From Oopsacas minuta (Eukaryota; Animalia; Porifera): DNA of 64,000 bases. A program made the translations under genes and the position numbers. Positions 42,669 through 54,071 of this stretch are shown in pieces. How positions within the stretch are numbered: the stretch's first letter is position 1; each line of letters opens with the position of its first letter. The notes under the pieces were generated by a model. It was not told the origin of the DNA. It did no database searches and worked only from the letters and a program-made list of their open reading frames with translations. The stretch lies in contig JAKMXF010000210.1 in NCBI GenBank assembly GCA_024704765.1, positions 62,001 through 126,000 on the forward strand, given 5' to 3'.

Positions 42669-44934
42669 ATGGCATCATACTCTCTAAAAAGTCTGTACGC
42701 ACCTGCTCCAAAACTAACCAGAGGAGTTGGATTCAATATCAACGCGGACCCTAAAGGAAAGAATATAATATATGCTCATGGTAACGCTATATATATCCGT
42801 GACTTAGCTAACCCTGAGATTTGTGAATCTTACCACGGGCATCAAAACGCTACAACAGTAGCAGCCTACGCTCCCTCTGGGAACTATATTTGCTCTGGTG
42901 ACGTCACTGGAAAGGTAATAATTTATACTCAAAATTTACTGAATAGTTTATTTATTATTTTTTTATTGCAGGTGATTGTATGGGATGCAATTCAGCCAGA
43001 ACACATCGTTAAATATGAAGGCAAACAGCTGGGAGGATCTATCAAGGATATTGCTTGGAATTCTGAGAATAACCGCATAGCTGTAGCTGGAGAAGGGAAG
43101 GAGAAAGTAGTACATGCCTTCATGTGGGACAGTGGGAGTTCAGTTGGTAATATGACAGGACACATAAAATACTGTAACTCTGTCTCTATAAGGCCTACAC
43201 GCCCTTTCAGGATTGTGTCAGGGAGTGAAGACTTCTTTGTCAATTTGTATGAAGGACCCCCTTTTAAACTGATGTCTCAGATTAAACAGCATAATAACTT
43301 CGTGAATAAGGTAATGAGGATAAAGTTTAATAGCAAATATTCTATTTAAATATAATTTGCAGGTGCGTTACTCACCAGATGGAAGTGTATTCTGCTCTGG
43401 AAGTTCTGATGGTAAGGTCATTCTGTTCGATGGGAAGGATGGAGCTCTGGTGTCCTGTTTGGGAGGTGACAGAGCACATGGAATGGGTGTAACCAACCTT
43501 TGCTGGGGTCCCACAAGTTCACAACTACTAACTGTATCAAGTGACAGAACAGCTAAACTATGGGATGTGGAAGCTAATCAGTGTGTTACTACTTTCAAGT
43601 TAGGAGACAATATACCAAATGATATGCAGGTAATATTCATTGCACAGGATACTCTCATAAAACAGGCAGAAATGTGACATACAGTCAATTCCGGTTATAT
43701 CGAAATGCCCGCATATATCGAAGTGTGAAATTATACAAATATAGTCCCAAACCGTCAAAGTAACATATTTATCTGTGACACTATCGAAGTAATTATCGCG
43801 GTTCCTTGAGCTTCGATAAAACGGAAGTTTACTGTATATTCGTATTCTAATCTTGATTACGTAATATGTGAACATTTTACAATTATGGCATTCACGAGCT
43901 TTATTTATATATTATATATACCCTAGTGTTCATGCGTATGGGCTGGAGATTATATGATATCAGTCAGTTTGAATGGAAACATAAACTATTTGGATAAGAA
44001 CAATCCAGATCATCCATTTCGTGTACTGAAGGGACATGAGAAGAATATCACTACACTCGTAACAAATGAAGATGATTACAAGTTCTATACTACTAGTTAT
44101 GATGGTCGGTGTTTACGATGGAATCCTGCTGCTTTTGACATCCAGGAGTGTAAAGGGACAGGTCACACTAGTCAGGTTAATCGTGCTGTCAGGCATAAAG
44201 ATAAAGTGTATAGTATTGGTATAGAGAAGACGTTGAGGTGTCTAGACACTAACGAGGATCAATACACACCACTAGGTCTACCTATGGAGAGTGAATCTAA
44301 AGATATTACCATTTCAAAAGAAGGTACGATTTTAGCATTTCAATTTTTGTGCTTATAATCAAATTTAACATTTTCAGGTGTTATATTTGTGACGTGTCTT
44401 AATCATTTGACAGTAGTGAAGAATGATGGAATTCAGAATACCATCCCTCTTCCGTACGTAGGAGTATCTGCTAGCTTCAACAATGATAAGAAACAGCTGG
44501 CCTTGCTTGGAGAAGACAAGAAAGTACACCTGTTCAATTATGGAGATGATGGAAAGCTAGAAGAGATATTCGTGAGTCAGGAGTTTTTCGAGATCGGAAA
44601 TATTATTCGCTATTCGCCTGACTGTAAAATGCTAGCTGTTACTTCCGGTAAGACTGTGCACATACTGAATCCAGCTGAAGAATTGAAAGAGATACAAGCT
44701 CTTACTCGAGCTAGTGCCCGTTTACTGGACATTGAATGGTCCTCTGACTCAAAGAGAATAGCTACTGCTGGATTAGACTCACATATTCAAGTCTACGAGT
44801 TTGGTGAGAATTTGGATAAGTTTTCCATACATCGAGCACATCCTGGCACAGTTATACAGGCTTTACAGTGGATAGGAAACAACATACTGTCTACTGGATA
44901 TGATTCTTGTGTGAGAATATGGAAGAGAGAATAA
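42669..44934 (+). CDS. WDR1: WD repeat protein 1 (AIP1); exons 42669-42914, 42972-43310, 43363-43629, 43927-44323, 44378-44934 (601 aa)
   Basis: APAPKLTRG, YAPSGNYICSGD, IRPTRPFRIVSGSED, YEGPPFK, VRYSPDG, SLNGNINYLD...LKGHEKNIT; GT-AG introns with consistent phases. Confidence 0.95.
43682..43834. mobile_element. 153-bp pogo/Tigger-type MITE in WDR1 intron 3
   Basis: TA|CAGTCAATTCCGGTTATATCGAA ... TTCGATAAAACGGAAGTTTACTG|TA; imperfect inverted termini with TA duplication. Confidence 0.8.
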
Positions 44935-45696
44935 TTAAGTAATTCGTGTAAATTTCTAGTTTTGGTTTGTGTTATCTTGTTAGCTACTCTGGTAGTGTAT
45001 TGTAATTAGTTCATGAGATTAGATATAGTAGGTTGAATCTAATGTTGTATATACATTACTATGAAATGTGCTATTGTGAGTAATTAATAATATAGTGTGC
45101 TATATATAATATTGGGGGTTGTAAATCTATATTTTTGAGGTCGTTACATTAACCGCGAGTGATCCATGTAGCCAGATATTATGAAATCATAATCTTAGGT
45201 GTAACCTACGAGAACAAGTCAGTTAGGTAACCCTTAACTCCAGCATAATGATACCATATCAGGTGAATTGCCAACAATACTTCTATTCTGGTAGGATAAA
45301 TGAACCAGTCATAAGATTGATGTAGTAACATCAAGTTGAGATGGTGGGACCTTACATCACTGCTAATTACCCTCACTTTCTAGTACACCAACACGATTCA
45401 CAATTGGACAAGTTATATATGATAGTGGCCTGTTAACTCACATGATAATAAATGAGACTGCATGCATGATAATTTACAAGTGTGTTGAAGTCTCACAAAC
45501 ATTTCCTATGAAAACATCCAGAATTTTTTTTACTTGTTAATATATCTTGTTCACTTAATTAACTAATCTCTGCATCGAACAGCTGTCCATCACTCATGTA
45601 GATTCACTCGTAATGCTTATACATGGCTCTATAAATTAAAATATTTTACAGGATATCATACTATTTTAGTATGTAATATATCTCACGTTACCACAA

Positions 45697-48600
45697 ATGC
45701 ACACCCCCAGCAGTGGAGACTCTGAGCTTGATCGAGCACGTCAAGATAATGATCTGCTACAGAAGAAGCTTAGCAAGGCTATTAGCAAGAGAAACTACTA
45801 TGCTAAGTTATACTACTCTTGTACGTTAGAGCGTGATAAGGCTATGGCTGAGAGGGAAGGTGCTGTCAAGGAATTACAACGAGTACTTATGCAGGTAAGG
45901 GAGAAATTAATTTAATCTTTCAATCACAATAGTATGTTTATTTACATGTATATCATACAAATCGTTTATATGGTGGTTATGATATGGGAATTTTGGTGTA
46001 ATTATTTGTGGATAAAATTACCAAAATATTCTTTGCTTCATGACCAATTTCCTATGAAGAGTTTCTCCATCATCTTTCCTCAAGTAGATGATGTCTTCCT
46101 CTGAAGAACAAACTTCACTTCTTCTAGATCTATAACAATCTACAGTTTCGTAATCTTCATTGAAACAAATTTGTAATTCGTTGATTGAGTTATTATCATT
46201 GCATTTTAACAACACATAGTTGTCGAATATATCTTCAAACTTATCTTTGCTGTAACTCTTTCCTGGTGTAATGCCTGCTCGCTGAAATTTCATATATGGA
46301 TTATATCGTTTATATACTTCTAGTGCTTTTCTGAAATATTCTAATTCTTCAAAATTCGTCACACAACCGTGCTTTTTAAATTCATCTTCCCAAAATTTGT
46401 AAATGGGACCACTTGAGTCATCATGAGTTTCATTCTTTATGTCAATCCAGTACTTCTTAAGATCTTCTATGATCTCAGCGGTTAACTTATGTTCGTTAAA
46501 TTCATGATCCCCTTTGTCACAATCTCCATCTGTCCATAAACCATGAATCGTCCAATTATCATCAACTACCTTACTATGAATACAATTATGACCTAATGCA
46601 ATGCACTGTCCAGGTAACCATTGTAGCCTCAGCAAATATTTGATTTCATAGTCATTTCCATTTCCTTTAGATAGCGAGATTGCTAATAAGCTTGTATATA
46701 CAATTAATACGAATATATTCCCTTTCATTGAGTCCTGTATTGTTTAAAATTATCCTTTTGTTTCAAATATATATATCTATTCGTTTGTGTAACAAGATCT
46801 ATAATACATATTACATGATTTGCATTTGGTAAAATATATGTGTTGTATTACTTAATATATCCTGCAATTGTGTAATAATTACGCGTATTTTCGGAGAATA
46901 ATACAAGTAGAATTAAGTAATATTCACTAAATATTTAAATCTGATTGCATTATATACATACTGTTTTAGTTGCATCAACAAGGATATATCTTAAGTCCAA
47001 TATCAGATTGTCCTAGCGAAGCATCTCGTCTCTTTAGTGACTCATCGAGCGGATCTAACCCTACAGCTACTCCCCTCACACCCTCTAAATCTGTCTCTTT
47101 AGCTTCCCTTTTGTCCTGCTTCCAGTCACTTCCATCTACTAGTCTACACAGTCCTGTAGAAGACAGCGGTCTTTGTACTGGAGGATCCACATCCTCTCTG
47201 GCTACTAATAAGAGTTCTATAGAGAAAGAGAGTCTTAACTCTTCTCCAAACGATTTTGATACACCTGCTCCTCCCATAGTCACATCACATAGCCCCCTCA
47301 TTGTCCCCGCTATTCGACCCTGTAAACAACCGCAAGATTCTGACGTCACTAATCTGTTAGCAGAATGTGCTGAGGCTCTTGAGGGCATAGCAGACTTAGG
47401 GTTAGAATCAAATAATAGTAGTAGAAGCTACAAGCAAATGTATGAACAAGATTTCCTCAAGAAACCTCCAAGAGTATCACCTATACTAGCCAGCACTACA
47501 AGTTTGAAATCTAGAAAAGTTATTAGTAAACCTGTTAAGAAAGATGAGAATAAGTTCGTGGATACATTTGAGAATGTATCGGTTCAATGGCCCCAGTCAT
47601 ACAGAGATAATAGAGTTTATACACGTCATGATAATCTTGATTCTATATCTACATCTCTGTTAGAAGAGTATGCTCAGGATTCTACCTCTTCTTCCTGGAG
47701 AGGTGTGTCACAACAATCAGTTGAGAAGAAGTATCTACGGAATCCCACGTCTAAATTGGATAGAATAGAGGAGATGAGTTGTGAGAGTAGTGTGTCCGAT
47801 CATAGCTCAGATCTTAAGGTTATGGAGCAACAGATACAGAAATCTGAAGGTTTCGGAGATTCTAAGTAAGTCATTAACACTCAATAATGGTATTCATCTT
47901 TGATATACTGTATACCTCGGGTGAGACGCGGCATTCTCCTTGGAAACTAAATTGGTACTTATTAACCGAGTGTACGTCTTATCTGATTTATACACTATTA
48001 TAGAAATGTTAAATATATCACCAAAAATGTTTTTCAGTAACTAATTACATACATTATTCATATAGCATCCATTTTGTTGTTAGAAATATGAAAATAGTAT
48101 GGAAATAAGCAATTTTAGTCAAATTACCCAAATAAGAGAACTTCTAAATCAATTTGGTATTTAACAGGGTTGTGCTAAGTTTCACTGTTTGAGTTAATAT
48201 AATTTCTCATTGATTGAACTTATTCATGAAAATTATCAGAAATAGAGTATTAGTGAAAATAGGAATCATAAGTATGGTAATTATTGTAATTTTGAGATTA
48301 TACTGTAATTTGGAGAAATTCAAATAGAAGTAGAGGACATCTTCCAAATGTGTTATGTAGGACAAATTCCAAGTTATGTGGAGCAAAATAGAATTGTTAT
48401 TATCCTTAATTGTACGTATATTACGTCTTACAAGGTTGTGTAATAATTAATAATTTGATATCTACTTTGGAATAAAGTTCATCCACATTTGTATTCACGT
48501 GCTTAAACTATAATATTGGATATTACTTAACTTTGTATTTAGTCATATCCTGAGGATAAATTGAATCATTTAGTATAACTTTTTGTATTTTATTTTCAAA

Positions 48601-49207
48601 ATTGTAAGAATCTCCCTTAGCTTTTCAATGGAAATGTACTTTCATGTATTTTAACATAATTTTTAGGTTTAGTTCTACTCTAAGTGATAGAACAGACAGT
48701 ATTTACTCAAACAGGAATAATTTATCTTACAGCAACCTGACTACTTATGAATTGAGACATATCCTATTTGAGCTAAGCACTAGTCCGGATTCGGGGAGTT
48801 ATCTGAAATTCTACACCTCTAGTTTTGAGGATGAATGGGTGTTACTACTGTTATGTGATGAAATTAGGAGAAATATAAATCTAACTACTCTCTACCTCGT
48901 AGAATGTAACCTCTCTCTTGTTAAAGATGGTCTATTTCAACTATTAACAGCTGTATGTCATTCTAAACTATCATTCCTTTCTCTTGCTAGAAACGGTCTT
49001 ACAGATAGAGTTGTGGATTCTTTCCGAATCATAGAGTTTTTTAATTCTCGATTGTCTTTAAAAGTTTTAGACTTAAGTGAGAATTTCCTATCAGCTGAAT
49101 CAATAAATTTACTAAACACACTCAGAGAAACCTCAGGATGTGACCTTATCCTTCACAAGCAGTATGTTCTTAAACCACGATCTAATCTTCAGTACCAACT
49201 TTTGTAA
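45697..49207 (+). CDS. Coiled-coil + Ser-rich + RNI-like LRR protein; exons 45697-45894, 46970-47865, 48667-49207 (544 aa)
   Basis: Three track ORFs join in phase: CAG|GTAAGG...TTTTAG|TTG (phase 0) and AA|GTAAGT...TTTTAG|G (phase 2). C-terminal LRRs (LTTLYLVECNL, LSFLSLARNGL, LKVLDLSENFL). Confidence 0.7.
46018..46728 (-). CDS. Secreted ribonuclease T2-family protein, nested antisense in intron 1 of the coiled-coil/LRR gene
   Basis: Signal peptide; CAS I WTIHGLW; CAS II FWEDEFKKHG; conserved Cys and ELQICF; intronless. Confidence 0.88.
   Translation of the reverse strand: MKGNIFVLIVYTSLLAISLSKGNGNDYEIKYLLRLQWLPGQCIALGHNCIHSKVVDDNWTIHGLWTDGDCDKGDHEFNEHKLTAEIIEDLKKYWIDIKNETHDDSSGPIYKFWEDEFKKHGCVTNFEELEYFRKALEVYKRYNPYMKFQRAGITPGKSYSKDKFEDIFDNYVLLKCNDNNSINELQICFNEDYETVDCYRSRRSEVCSSEEDIIYLRKDDGETLHRKLVMKQRIFW
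47908..47995. mobile_element. Degenerate TA-flanked MITE in intron 2 of the coiled-coil/LRR gene
   Basis: TA|CTGTATACCTCGGGTGAGACG ... CGTCTTATCTGATTTATACAC|TA; shares a 24-nt core with 9119-9142. Confidence 0.55.
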
Positions 49208-50185
49208 GTTTCTTTTTTTTACAAATACTTTCTTTTTTCCCGAATTACTGTTTTCTTTTTTGTACATTTTTAGTGATATTTATTGTATTTCTAAATCTTA
49301 CGTTTGAATTTGCGACGGTCTCGATCTCGATCTAATTCTTTTGGATACTTCTATAGAGTAGAGTTATGTCTGTCTGTTTGTGTGTCTGTTCATCTGTCAA
49401 TCTGTTCATTGGCTGTTTGATTTCTCCTCATTTGAGCCATATAATAATACTATACATTTTGGGCTTCTTGAAACATACAAATTGTGATGGTTTCCTTCAA
49501 GATCGATTAACTAATAAATCACGACAATAACTGGTGAATACAACTTGTGTACTTGTTTGTAAATCTCAGCATATGCGATCTGTTTATACAGCTTCTGAAC
49601 TGTGCATACATTCCTTGCTCTTCTTACTTAAAATGTGCTGAACTATGAGATACTTCTTTTGTAGAGATGAGATTTATTTGATAGAGCTGTGCAGTGCATC
49701 ATAAATTCCCAATTACCGAAAGTATGGATCCGAGACCCGAGAGTATAGGCGCCAAGTTGGTTTACCTGGGGGTCTGGGTCCCCCATATTTAGAGGCGGAA
49801 ACTGTATTTATGTCAAAATTACATAGATGCATGAAGAAATTTCGTGAAGTGATCCCAGGTTTGATTAAAACTTGGAGCCAATGCTCAAGAGTGCACTATT
49901 TGCTGTTGAAAAATTTCTTGATTCTCCATAGATTTGAGAAATTTTCTATTCACTGGATATTATTGGTATTTTTACATTTACTTTCAGTGACGGTCTGTAT
50001 TATTATTAAGTAAATAGAAATCTGCCCTCCAAGTTAAGACAATGTGATAGAGAATTCCTATATTTTCCACTCAATGGAGTATTATTCAAACTAAATTTAT
50101 AATTTCTAAACTTCTAATAGTTCGAACTAAAGAAACCCACTTAATTGTCATTCATATATAGCTATAACTCTAGCAACATCTAAGT

Positions 50186-50806
50186 ATGCAACTTGTAAAG
50201 ATATTCGCATTCGCTTTCTTCCTTGGTATGGCATCTTGCACAGAACACGGAGACGTCCGTATCATCAAGAAGGGAGAAGTGTCAAGTGAAGGTAACGTAG
50301 AAATATTCTGGGACAACGACTGGATGGGCATATGTGCAGATGATATTAACACCTGGGATATTGATGCTGTATCGGTAGTATGTAGTCAGCTAAACTATCC
50401 TTATGCTACTACACCATCAATAACTGGTTACTACAGCAGATCTAACGTAACATACAGTATACACGATGTAATCTGTCGTGGAGATGAGGATGTGCTGTTG
50501 GAATGTAGCTTCCTTAACTACTCAATTCCTGAGGTGGAATGTAATAATCCAGCTTCCGCTGCATGTGTAACAGCTGAAGAGGTTTTGGTATACGCAGTGT
50601 GTTTCTTTCTAAGTTGTATGTTCTGCTGCTGCTCTACTTTCGTGATAATTCTCATGTGCTTCATGATCGCTTCGTGTCCTCTCGCTATCCTAGCTACCTC
50701 CAGTCGCAGACCAGCTGATGGTGTGGTGATTGATGATCCTACTCGTCCTCTCATGATTGATCCTAACACAAACTACAAGACTAAGCCTCCTGCATACACT
50801 AACTAA
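50186..50806 (+). CDS. Single-SRCR-domain type I membrane protein with Cys-rich TM region and C-terminal PPxY
   Basis: Signal peptide; VRI...EGNVEIF...WMGICAD...VVCSQL...VICRGDEDVLLEC...C...AAC (6 Cys, group A pattern); hydrophobic segment; ends KPPAYTN. Confidence 0.85.
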   Translation: MQLVKIFAFAFFLGMASCTEHGDVRIIKKGEVSSEGNVEIFWDNDWMGICADDINTWDIDAVSVVCSQLNYPYATTPSITGYYSRSNVTYSIHDVICRGDEDVLLECSFLNYSIPEVECNNPASAACVTAEEVLVYAVCFFLSCMFCCCSTFVIILMCFMIASCPLAILATSSRRPADGVVIDDPTRPLMIDPNTNYKTKPPAYTN

Positions 50807-51170
50807 CTCCTCTCTGTTGACTACCTGAATTAAGCGTCAATTTGTGTGTTTATTTATGATTAACTCTGAGATGTATGATTTTATCTAAAGTGTATGCTAT
50901 TCCTATCTGGTTAGTTAATACTGAACTATCTCTGTATTACTAGTTATGTGACAATACGAATAGTATTGTGTTTTTAAGTTATTATTAATTGTATTTACAT
51001 ATATGATCACTGTTTTCAGATGTACACGGGAAAGGCTCCGATTTTTCTACAACTTGCACAATCTATAGGGCTCACAAATATATTTTGTATTAACTCTATA
51101 GGGCTTTAACTTGTAACCAAGCCAGGGGTCAATCCCCCACCCGATTCTGCGTATATGTAGATTCACTATA

Positions 51171-51409
51171 CAGTGGAACCTCAATAATCCAACACTCAAT
51201 GGGAGACGAAAAATAGGTCGGATTATAGAGGTAAATTAATCTCCATAATCCGACATTTTCTGAAAACGAAAAACAGGTCTGATTCCGAAATAGCGAGGTT
51301 CTGGATTATTGAGGTTGTTTTCTATACAAAAACGATCCGTGAACAGAAATAATGTTGGTTTAGGGAAATTCCGGATTAACACAGGTGTCGGATAACGGAG
51401 GTTCCACTG
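51171..51409. mobile_element. 239-bp pogo/Tigger-type MITE
   Basis: TA|CAGTGGAACCTC ... GAGGTTCCACTG|TA perfect 12-bp ends extending imperfectly to about 24 bp; internal AATCCG/CGGATT repeats. Confidence 0.88.
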
Positions 51410-51483
51410 TACTTGTGTTGAATCTGTGATCAATTTAGTATTGTTGTAATTCAACTCCAATAAATTCCACTATTCAGGTATTG

Positions 51484-51530
51484 CAGGGCGGTGCAAACGG
51501 TCAGGCTAGTCAGGCTATGATCTGACCACT
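51484..51530 (+). mobile_element. Solo hAT-type MITE terminus
   Basis: CAGGGCGGTGCAAACGGTCAGGCTAGTCAGGCTATGATCTGACC; partner end not found. Confidence 0.4.
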
Positions 51531-52086
51531 ATTTGCCTTTGTATTGGTTGTATTGGGCGTGTATGAGTATTGAAACTACTTTCATAGCTCTAATACATGC
51601 AATTTGAATAAGTTATTGCTCCAATGAATATATGAATTCCACTAATTTTCACTATATTACCTCCAAGCTAGCAATCCTTTTAGCAACTAATTAATGGTTT
51701 TCAGGAAAATAATAGTCACATGCGTAGTCAAATTAACTTTCACTTTGTTGGAAATATTCCATACATGGATGAACAGAGGGAGAGTTATATTGTTTCATTA
51801 TATGTTTAAATAATTAGCATGGATCTTTAGTGCTTTCAGACTACACTGAATAATATTTTATAAGAGTTCTTAAGCTATTTTGATCGGTGTTAATGTTTAT
51901 GGTTCAACAGTTTGTAAATTAAATGAGTCAATTTGAATAATGCTTCTGGTTTTCCTTTCAATTTAAGTTATACAACTACCTTGGAATATTTATTGTTTAT
52001 GATATACGTAGTCTATTGATAAAATGCTACGTTTGTTCTTTCCTAGAATCTTCATTATTTAAAGAAATTTAATCTACTATTCGTTA

Positions 52087-52241
52087 GGGACCGTTCAAAA
52101 CGTTACATAACTTAAATTCCCTACACCTGTGTCATGATTTACCCTTAGTACTGTAAAAGGAATGGACCTATGGGGTTACACTTTGCTTACCATCGGCCAC
52201 CCCTTCCCCTCGGTAGCGTTACGTAACGTTTGAACGACTCC
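52087..52241. mobile_element. 155-bp PIF/Harbinger-type MITE
   Basis: TTA|GGGACCGTTCAAAACGTTACATAAC ... GTTACGTAACGTTTGAACGACTCC|TTA; 3-bp TTA duplication. Confidence 0.8.
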
Positions 52242-52894
52242 TTAAGACACTATCAAATTATATTAATTTGTTATTTGTCATCATTCTAATGACCTGTAGA
52301 GAATACTGAAAATACCTTTACTCAGTCATCTGAGCTAAATTAGCATAGGATTGTACGTTATTTCTATTCTTTAAGAAGTATAATTATTATACCAGATGTG
52401 TGGTTAACTCACATTTGAATGACTTGAGCCATTTTAGTAGAGTTTGATCGGTTCACTTTTCGCAACCTGACTCAAGCTGAACTGAATTTGACCAATAAAA
52501 ATTAGGAATAAATTGAAAATCGGACCTAAACCAACCCGAAATCTAATCTGCATTGAAATCATTTGTTTAGCTTTCGTTCTCTCTTTTAGTTGGACATCTG
52601 CTTTGAGCTATGTTATCATACTCAGTAAAATTTATGAATAATAATAATATCTAACATTCTTACACAGTTACGTTTTAATTAGAAATATTATACTTACTTT
52701 CATTTGTTTAGAATATAATAAGTGTGAACATTTGGTAATATTTGTGCTTTTTGCTTATTGAACATTATAATTGATCCTTTTTTTCAATGACCTTCCTGGC
52801 CTAGAAAACGGCCCTCCTATAAATATATAAAAATAATGGGTAATATTAAGAATTTAAAAAACACTAAAATTGAAATTACTTGAATTAAAAAAGG

Positions 52895-53209
52895 ATGGGA
52901 AGGTTTGTTCTGAAAAATTTGCTTAGCTCTGTTGGCCTGGATCACAATCAAGTTGTTGGAATGAAAGCGAATGACTTACAAAGTCATCTGGCTGAAAATG
53001 GGTTGGATCGAGAGGCAATTTTGTCTATTAAACGTCTTAGGAAACGTGAGAGAATTAAGAGGAAGTCTGGCAGAGAGGCTGATATTTTGATATCTAATGT
53101 TATAGACTTAAAGGTGATCAAATCTAACCTTGAGAGCGAGAAGGAATTTCTCCAAAGAGAAATTCAATTCTATCTTACTCATCTTCATTTCGAGAAATAT
53201 AATATGTGA
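52895..53209 (-). CDS. Small CNC/Maf-like bZIP protein with degenerate basic region
   Basis: QVVGMKANDLQSHL..NGLDREAILSIKRLRKR resembles the Maf/CNC extended homology region; zipper L-x6-L-x6-L-x6-Y; 104 aa. Confidence 0.65.
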
Positions 53210-53816
53210 ATAATATTTTCGCTTAATTTCCGCTAATTCGCCGCTATTTTGTTCACCGTATGCAGGAATTTATCATTTTGTTGTATAATTTGCAGAATTT
53301 CATAATATTTTATTCACCACTTTATCGCATGCAAGTACACTTTTCTATTAAAATATTTGCTATACAATCTGCTCCACTTATCTAAGCTATTTCAGGAAAA
53401 TCGGACATTTGGGATATTTTTGATAACTATCATCAGAAATGACTACTTTTGTAAAAATCAATCTGTAAGAATTGCTTAGGATCAGTTGAATTTCGAAAGT
53501 TTTTTAAATGAATGGATATGAATTCTACCCCCCCTCCCCCCCCCACCATACTGGCGTGTTAGTGTTCATTTCGTTATGAATCACTGTAATATGTAATAAC
53601 TTCAAATTCTCTGGAAAAATTGAATTGATAAAGTAAAATGAAGGTTAAATTGTGTACAAATCCGTTGGTCTCACTTAGGATCCGTAGACTTGACAACTAT
53701 AGAAATGAGAACTGATAACTTGAATGTACTAATAGTTATAGCGCTGTATGTACATGTACAACGGCGTATTTAACAAATTGGCCTACTGAAGGTCAGTCTA
53801 ATATCATTGAATATTC

Positions 53817-53818
53817 TC

Positions 53819-53862
<44 letters not shown>

Positions 53863-53978
53863 TATTATATTATTATTACAGTCGACTCCGGTTAATCGGA
53901 CCACTGGTTAATCGGACACTCCGGATAATCGGACCACTTTACTCTGGACAAAAGTGGTCCGATTAACCAGAGTCGACT

Positions 53979-54068
<90 letters not shown>
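53817..54068. repeat. (TAT)n microsatellite interrupted by a MITE
   Basis: Visible runs on both sides of 53879-53979. Confidence 0.95.
53879..53979. mobile_element. 101-bp pogo/Tigger-type MITE inserted in the microsatellite
   Basis: TA|CAGTCGACTCCGGTTAATCGGACCAC ... GTGGTCCGATTAACCAGAGTCGACTG|TA; 26-bp inverted repeat with 1 mismatch. Confidence 0.92.

Positions 54069-54071
<3 letters not shown>

Noticed and set aside
42915-42971. Apparent 19-aa hydrophobic insertion in WDR1 (VIIYTQNLLNSLFIIFLLQ)
   Set aside because: It is a 57-nt GT-AG intron that happens to be in frame and stop-free.
45130-45540. Protein-like but stop-riddled minus-strand frame between WDR1 and the LRR gene
   Set aside because: No recognisable motif; cannot be told from random AT-rich sequence without a search.
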